Shown piece by piece: positions 8,873 to 15,039 of a stretch of DNA of 15,039 nucleotides (positions are counted from its first letter, which is position 1; each line of letters starts with the position of its first letter). The DNA lies in NCBI RefSeq assembly GCF_006345805.1, contig NW_021825699.1, positions 1 to 15,039 on the forward strand, read 5' to 3'. Made by a program: the position numbers and the translations under genes. The notes beneath the pieces were generated by a model, which had not been told where the DNA came from, ran no database searches, and saw only the letters and a program-made list of their open reading frames with translations. Origin of the DNA: Octopus sinensis (taxonomy: Eukaryota).

Positions 8873-9306
8873 ATATATAATATATATGGGTGTGTATATA
8901 TATACGTGCAGGAGTGGCTGTGTGGTAAGTAGCTTGTTTACCAACCACATGGTTCCGGGTTCAGTCCCACTGCGTGGCATCTTGGGCAAGTGTCTTCTGC
9001 TATAGCCTCGGGCCGACCAATGCCTTGTGAGTGGATTTGGTAGACGGAAACTGAAAGAAGCCCGTCGTATATATATATATATATATGTGTGTGTGTATGT
9101 TTGTGTGTCTGTGTTTTTCCCCCTAGCATTGTTTGACAACTGATGCTGGTGTGTTTACGTCCCTGTCACTTAGCGGTTCGGCAAAAGAGACCGATAGAAT
9201 AAGTACTGGGCTTACAAAGAAAAAGTCCTGGGGTCGATTTGCTCGACTAAAGGCGGTGCTCCAGCATGGCCGCAGTCAAATGACTGAAACAAGTAAAAGA
9301 GTAAAT
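8680..9306 (+). mobile_element. SINE B with a tandemly duplicated head (8680-8841 and 8906-9067) plus tail
   Basis: The two heads are 226 bp apart and identical by eye, including private variants (cgtgcagg, gcatcttggg, ccaatgcc). The tail runs ~9090-9306. Confidence 0.9.
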
Positions 9307-9492
9307 AGTATATGTGTGTGTGTGTGTGTGTGTGAATGTGTATATACATGTATGTGTGTGTATATACATGCATGTGTGAGTATATATACATGCATGTGTG
9401 AGTATATATACATGTATGTATGTGAGTGTATGTATACATGTACATATATGTGAGTGTGTGTATACATATATAATATATATATATATATATAT

Positions 9493-9706
9493 ATAAATAT
9501 AGAGAGTGGTCACTATATGGCTCACTCTAGCACCAGTTAATCCAAAAGGTTTCAACCACTAAAAATACATGTTTCCATGAAAGTCAGTACGATTGTTAGC
9601 TCACACGGACAGGGCAATACAAAATAACAAAAATACAGATTATTTTGGGACAATTGTTTCGCTATTAATGAATTAAATGTAATTTTACTTACAAAAAAAT
9701 CCACTT
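9493..9706 (+). repeat. Direct repeat of 10023-10238 (internal part of the MITE at 9891-10262)
   Basis: ataaatat.agagagtggtcacta ... aaaaaaatccactt is present twice; the differences are mostly 1-bp indels. Confidence 0.9.
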
Positions 9707-9890
9707 GTAGCTCATCGGCCAAAACTATCTGGATGAAATCCACTCAATCACACGCCAGATTTTACCATAACGATAAATACGCGTGTGGTTCAATTGATTA
9801 CATCCGACGTTATAATTCAAATGCCCCAACTAACAGCGCGCCAAACTTTCACGGAAAACAAATACAGCATTAGAAATAAATGCAGCATAT

Positions 9891-10253
9891 TATAATTAAT
9901 TAATAAGGGTGAGAGAATTAGATCTAATTTAATAGTATATCCATTCAACACCAAGTGGCCTAGTGCTCCGAGAAACCTGGATTATTATAATATTTTATAA
10001 TATATTATAATATTTTTACAAAATAAATATAAGAGAGTGGTCACTAATGGCTCACTCTAGCACCAGTTAATCCAAAAGGTTTCAACCACTAAAAATACAT
10101 GTTTCCCATGAAAGTCAGTACGATTGTTAGCTCACACGGACAGGGCAAATAAAAAATAACAAAAATACAGATTATTTTGGGGACAAGTTGTCGCTATTAA
10201 TGAATTAAATGTAATTTTACTTACAAAAAAATCCACTTTCTCACCCTTATTAA

Positions 10254-10262
<9 letters not shown>
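9891..10262. mobile_element. MITE with 24-bp perfect terminal inverted repeats, superfamily unassigned
   Basis: TATAATTAATTAATAAGGGTGAGA (9891-9914) is the exact reverse complement of 10239-10262. The terminal TA could be a TSD. Confidence 0.7.
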
Positions 10263-10284
<22 letters not shown>

Positions 10285-10319
10285 CATACATACATATACA
10301 CACACACACACACCACACA

Positions 10320-10452
10320 CAGTAATACCTCACTTTATGAGGGCCCAATTTACAGGACCCCAGGTTTGAGTTTTTACAAGTTTTATTCTCTGTTTACAAG
10401 TTTTTGCTTTACGAATGTTCTCCTGGAAGAAATTCGCGTCGAGGCATTACTG
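10320..10452. mobile_element. Possible short Tc1/mariner (pogo/Tigger-like) MITE
   Basis: CAGTAATACCTC ... GAGGCATTACTG (11/12 inverted match), followed by TA on the right; the left flank is CA inside a microsatellite. Confidence 0.4.
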
Positions 10453-10550
10453 TATTTAGACGACACCGCTTGTACTACAGTGACGCTTGTTTACAGCCAT
10501 CATGTGATGTCCAGACAAAGTTACATAAAACACAAACACACACACCCTTA

Positions 10551-10712
10551 TATATGACAGACTTCTTTCAGTTTCTGTTTCCTGGATCCACTCACAGGGC
10601 TTTGGTTGTCCTGGGGCTATAGTAGAAGACACTTGCCAAAGGTGCTACACTGTGGGACTGAACCTGAAACCACATGGTTGTGAAAAAAGTCTCTTAACAA
10701 CACAGCCACATC
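10551..10712 (-). mobile_element. SINE B head, old copy
   Basis: Reverse complement of the B head (gtggctgtgttg...ggttcagtcccac...ggcaagtgtcttc...gaaactgaaagaag). Confidence 0.8.
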
Positions 10713-10994
10713 TAATATATGTGTGTGTGTGTATGCATCTTATAAGCTGTAGAGGGATACTGGGAACCTGATAAGCTATAATTACTAAGGAAAACATTGT
10801 TGCCCAGTTATAAAATCTCCGATGACGCAGTGGTTCATGCTAGTGCTGTCCAACTGGCTCCCATGCTGGTGGCCCATAAAAAGCACCATTCGAGCATGGT
10901 TGATGCCAGTGCCGCCCAGCTGGCCCCCAGTGAAAAGCACCCACTACACTCTGGGAGTGGTTGGTGTTAGGAAGGGCATCCAGCTGTAGAAACC

Positions 10995-11861
10995 TAAGGT
11001 GGCGAGCTGGCAGAAACGTTAGCACGTTGGGCGAAATGCTTAGCAGTATTTTGTCTGTCGCTGCGTTTGTCTGTCCTTGTTTGTCCCCTCTTTGTTTAGC
11101 CCCTTGTGTGTAGTAAAGAAATAGGTCTTTCATCTGCCGTTGCGTTCTGAGTTCAAATTCCGCCGAGGTCAACTTTGCCTTTCATCCTTTCGGCGTCGAT
11201 AAATAAAGTACCAGTTACGCACTGGGGTCGATGTAATTGACTTAATCCGTTTGTCTGTCCTTGTTTGTCCCCTCTTTGTTTAGCCCCTTGTGTGTAGTAA
11301 AGAAATAGGTCTTTCATCTGCCGTTGCGTTCTGAGTTCAAATTCCGCCGAGGTCAACTTTGCCTTTCATCCTTTCGGCGTCGATAAATAAAGTACCAGTT
11401 ACGCACTGGGGTCGATGTAATTGACTTAATCCGTTTGTCTGTCCTTGTTTGTCCCCTCTTTGTTTAGCCCCTTGTGTGTAGTAAAGAAATAGGTCTTTCA
11501 TCTGCCGTTGCGTTCTGAGTTCAAATTCCGCCGAGGTCAACTTTGCCTTTCATCCTTTCGGCGTCGATAAATAAAGTACCAGTTACGCACTGGGGTCGAT
11601 GTAATTGACTTAATCCGTTTATCTGTCCTTGTTTGTCCCCTCTTTGTTTAGCCCCTTGTGTGTAGTAAAGAAATAGGTCTTTCATCTGCCGTTGCATTCT
11701 GAGTTCAAATTCCGCCGAGGTCAACTTTGCCTTTCATCCTTTCGGCGTCGATAAATAAAGTACCAGTTACGCACTGGGCTCGATGTAATTGACTTAATCC
11801 GTTTGTCTGTCCTTGTTTGTCCCCTCTGTGTTTAGCCCCTTGTGGGTAGTAAAGAAATATA
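10995..11861 (+). mobile_element. SINE A concatemer: head + tail + four 184-bp units
   Basis: Units at 11124, 11308, 11492 and 11676 differ by only a few substitutions. The block is bounded by the 8-bp TSD TAGAAACC (10987-10994 and 11862-11869). Confidence 0.92.
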
Positions 11862-11928
11862 TAGAAACCATGCCAGATCAGATTGGAGCCTGGTGCAGCC
11901 TCCTGGCTTGCCAGTCCTCAATCAAACC

Positions 11929-12161
11929 TATTTCTTTATTACCCACAAGGGGCTAAACACAGAGGGGACAAACAAGGACAGACATAGGTATTAAGTCGAT
12001 TACATCGACCCCAGTGCGTAACTGGTACTTAATTTATCGACCCCGAAAGAATGAAAGGCAAAGTCGACCTTGGCGGAATTTTGAACTCACAACGTGACGC
12101 AGACGAAATACCGCTACGCATTTCGCCCGGCGTGCTAACGTTTCTGCCAGCTCGCCGCCTC
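11929..12161 (-). mobile_element. Full-length SINE A with 19-bp TSD
   Basis: GCCAGTCCTCAATCAAACC at 11910-11928 and 12162-12180; the minus strand starts GAGGCGGCGAGCTGGCAGAAACG. Confidence 0.92.
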
Positions 12162-12242
12162 GCCAGTCCTCAATCAAACCGTCCAACCCATGCCAGCATG
12201 GAAAACGGACGTTAAACGATGATGACATTTGTCATAAACCTC

Positions 12243-12935
12243 TTCATTTAACATCCACTTTTCCATGCTGGCATGGACCGGATATAATTTGTTGAGGCAG
12301 ATTTTCTACATCTGAAGGCCTTCTTTGTCACGAACCCTCATCTGTATCCAAGCAAGGTAATACTTCCCTCAGCCTGACATATCTATATATATAAAACTGT
12401 AGTTGTGTGAGTGTCTGTCCCCTTCGATTTAGATTCCTAACTACTCCCACATTTTGCGGTGCAGTTTAACCAAATTCGGGTATCTTATAGTTGTGATTAA
12501 TATCGAGCCCGTCTGGCTATTAGCGCGCGTCTACGATGAGTCTACGATTTAAAAAATAATTTAACATCATTTTTTATTCCATTTTAATGCATAATTTTTC
12601 GTGTGTCGATGGCGGCGGAGTTGGCGTCCATGGTCACACCTGCACCTGTGTTGCTTCTCCCCCTTCTTCCCTCCCTCGTGAAGCTGTGGGGAAGGGAGTG
12701 TAAAGAAATCAACGTCGTAATGCGTTGTCAAGGAGACCAGCGTTCTTTTAGAACAACGACTTCATGGCTTGAAGACACCAAAACAGAAATGGCTAAGAAA
12801 GCCCGAATTGGCATCTATAAGGGAAGTAACTCTCTAAAAATGCTTATATAGTTATTTCCTTTACAAACCCGAGCAACGCCGGACGATACTGCTAGTTTTT
12901 CATAGAACACTGAAACCATACAACCTCGCTTGTAT
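12243..12935 (-). mobile_element. SINE C-related element interrupted by the Helitron (segments 12243-12381 and 12896-~12935)
   Basis: catttaacatcc...ccatgctggcatgga is the reverse complement of the RTE-like tail, and ttttctacatctgaaggccttc resembles the reverse complement of gaagggcatccagctgtagaaac. Assigning the right-hand segment is less secure. Confidence 0.55.
12382..12895 (+). mobile_element. Non-autonomous Helitron (514 bp)
   Basis: 5' TCTATATATATAAAA, an imperfect subterminal hairpin CCCGAGCAACGCCGG (12868-12882), 3' CTAG, inserted between A and T with no TSD. These are the canonical Helitron termini. Confidence 0.87.
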
Positions 12936-13039
12936 GATGATGATGATGATGATGATGCTTATATACAACTATCACATGGTCTCTAGACAAGGATACACAC
13001 AATCATATATACTCTCCACACACACATCCACACACGCAC

Positions 13040-13127
13040 AGCCTGATGCAGCTCTCCAATTTGCTGGCTCTGCCCAAACTGTCCAACCCATGCCAGCATG
13101 GACAGCAGACATTAAAAGATGATGATG
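13040..13127 (+). mobile_element. SINE C / RTE-like 3' tail fragment
   Basis: ctgtccaacccatgccagcatggacagcagacattaaaa(gat)n, followed by (AAT)n to 13170. Confidence 0.75.
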
Positions 13128-13171
<44 letters not shown>

Positions 13172-13173
<2 letters not shown>

Positions 13174-13726
13174 TGCCCTGATGCAGTACCAGGCAGGGCT
13201 CTCATGGCTTCTGATCTTACTGATTGGAAGTGTTATCATGTACATTGTTTTGTCTTGGTATAAAAGATGGGCTACAGCAAAATATTCTGCTCAATACCAC
13301 AGATTTGCTTGTCAGTTGTTTGACCTAACCAGTTGAGCATGTCCCTTCGTGGCTGACAATATGTGCATCTCTGATCACGAGCAGAAGTAGTGGGGGAGCA
13401 TCATTGCCATGTGTTGAGAGGGATTCTTTGGGGTTTGAATAGTTCACCTCTGGAAACATGGGTGGTTCTTTCAACATCCTTAAACAACCCTTATTCAGGG
13501 ACCGTTTGAGCGGGATGGGCTACTCAATCTGAAGAAAATTCTAACTGGGCCCCACCTGCAAGGTCATGTGCTGTTTATCTTGATATGAGATCACCATGTC
13601 GCGCACATATGGTTGTGATGCATGTGCCTGGTGTACCTTTATCAGATGGGTAGTCATGATGGGTATATTGGGCTTCGTATATTTTACCCCAGTGTCACTT
13701 TGATGGCATGCACTGCTCTCTCACTC
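13172..13726 (+). mobile_element. Repeat X, ~555 bp, probable retroposon (SINE or LINE 3' UTR) of unknown class
   Basis: A second partial copy lies at 2442-3168 on the minus strand. It is flanked by (AAT)n on both sides, with no clear A/B boxes or TIRs. Confidence 0.65.
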
Positions 13727-14035
13727 AATAATAATAATAATAATAATAATAATTGTGTACAGTGCTCAGGTGCACTGCAACTCATCTAAAGTGTATATAT
13801 AATCAGGTGTAGTTTCGGCGGATTTCGGGAAGCATGAGGGCCTTAAAGGATGCAGTGTCATGGCAGTCAACAACTGACGCAGGCAGTTTATTCCATGCTT
13901 CAGCAACTCTGAGCGTGAAGAAATGTTTCCGAAAGTCATGGGAGCTGTGCTGTTTTCTGACTTTGTAGGCATGTCCACGTGTGTTGGACAGGTGGAGATC
14001 AAAAAGGTGTTCAGAATTGTTGATGGCAATTATAC
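13727..14035 (-). mobile_element. 5'-truncated CR1-type LINE: ORF2 C-terminus + 3' UTR + (ATT)n tail
   Basis: Minus-strand frame 14033-13803 reads IIAINNSEHLFDLHLSNTRGHAYKVRKQHSSHDFRKHFFTLRVAEAWNKLPASVVDCHDTASFKALMLPEIRRNYT*. TRGH...R..FF..RV...WN.LP..VV...SFK is the characteristic CR1 ORF2 end. The frame has no Met start, so it is absent from the ORF track. Confidence 0.9.
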
Positions 14036-14243
14036 ATGATTTGCATATTTAGCTCTCTCTTTCTTCACACACAAACATACACACATGTATTTGTATATAC
14101 TTATATATGTATGCACGTATACAAATATATATGTATATATTTACGTATGTATTGCATGCATATATATATATTTTTATATGTATATATATATATGTATATA
14201 TATATATATTATATATATATCAAATGGAAATTGTAGTTACGAT

Positions 14244-14500
14244 ACCTGTGCCGGCGGCACGTAAAAAGCACCATCCGAACGTGGCCGATGTCAGCGCCGC
14301 CTTGATCGGCTTCTGTGCCGGTGGCACGTAAAAAGCACCCACTACACTCATGGAGTGGTTGACGTTAGGAAGGGCATCCAGCTGTAGAAACACTGCCAGA
14401 TCAGACTGGAGCCTGGTGCAGCCTCCTGGCTTCCCAGACCCCGGTCGAACCGTCCAACCTGTGCTAGCACGGAAAATGGACGTTAAACGATGATGATGAT
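14244..14500 (+). mobile_element. SINE C 3' portion with RTE-like tail
   Basis: Same subrepeats, central domain and GACGTTAAAC(GAT)n tail as 6834-7122. Confidence 0.87.
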
Positions 14501-14565
14501 AGTGATATGTATGTATTGCATGCATATATATATATATACATATATATATATATTTATGTATGTAT

Positions 14566-14602
<37 letters not shown>

Positions 14603-14712
14603 CCAGATAATTGAACATATCCTTATACTAAAGTAGGAAATTCCATTTGTCTTGTTTTCAGCTACGAAACCTAAATATGTCCAACATATATGTATATATA
14701 TGTGTATATATG

Positions 14713-15039
14713 TATTCTTTTATTCTTTTACTTGTTTGTCATTTGACTGCGACCATGCCGGAGCACTACCTTTAGTCAAACCGTTCAACCCCAGGACTTA
14801 TTCTTTGTAAGCCTAGTACTTATTCAGTCGGTCTCTTTTGCCGAACCGCCAAGTTATGAAGATGTAGACACACCAACATTGGTTGTCAAACGATGTTGGG
14901 CGACAAACACATACATACACAGATATATATATGTATATATATATGATGGGCTTCTTTCAGTTTCCATCTACCAAATCCACTCACAAGGCTTTGGTTGGTC
15001 AGAGGCTATATAGAGACACTTGCCCAGGTGCCATGCAGT
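14713..15039 (-). mobile_element. SINE B (tail, microsatellite and part of the head; runs off the window)
   Basis: Reverse complement of the B tail (~14713-14910) and head (~14940-15039). Confidence 0.83.

Larger units (their letters stand above)
10838..12225 (+). mobile_element. Host SINE C interrupted by two SINE A insertions (C segments ~10838-10994, 11862-11928, 12181-12225)
   Basis: Removing both insertions and one copy of each TSD restores aagggcatccagctgtagaaacc-atgccagatcaga.tggagcctggtgcagcc...gtccaacccatgccagcatgg...gttaaacgatgatg, collinear with the copies at 6834 and 14244. Confidence 0.88.

Noticed and set aside
11124-11307. Self-cleaving ribozyme in the 184-bp unit
   Set aside because: No CTGANGA...GAAA hammerhead core on either strand. 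The GGT(A/C)TTT/AAATTCC pairing overlaps the tRNA B-box region and lacks HDV-like P3 and P1.1 elements. A covariance-model search would be needed to exclude rarer classes.
11124-11859. Regular array resembling CRISPR, with repeated 67-aa ORFs on the minus strand
   Set aside because: There are no unique spacers, the units are SINE-derived, the context is eukaryotic, and the ORFs are just the antisense SINE frame repeated.
13766-14029. 87-aa ORF from the track
   Set aside because: Wrong frame. The meaningful CR1 ORF2 remnant is in a different minus-strand frame (14033-13803).

Overview
AT-rich, repeat-saturated eukaryotic genomic DNA, most likely from an octopus or other coleoid cephalopod (inferred from my recollection of the SINE families). 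The only supported host coding sequence is one 62-bp internal exon on the + strand (6328-6389, GGFAFVYVAQDISTGKEYALK) matching exon 2 of cyclin G-associated kinase (GAK/auxilin), so the rest of the window is probably introns 1 and 2. The remainder is nested mobile DNA: three SINE families (labelled A, B and C here), an unidentified ~550-bp repeat (X), a CR1 LINE 3' end, a non-autonomous Helitron, a Merlin-like MITE, three piggyBac-like MITEs, other MITEs, tandem repeats and microsatellites. Apart from one frame overlapping the GAK exon, the ORFs in the supplied track look like repeat or low-complexity artefacts. The most unusual items are (i) an 867-bp, TSD-bounded concatemer of SINE A containing four near-identical 184-bp units and (ii) a ~350-bp inverted copy of local sequence pasted into repeat X with ATGTCCCT microhomology at both junctions. 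All alignments were done by eye. I see no evidence for a new protein-coding system.
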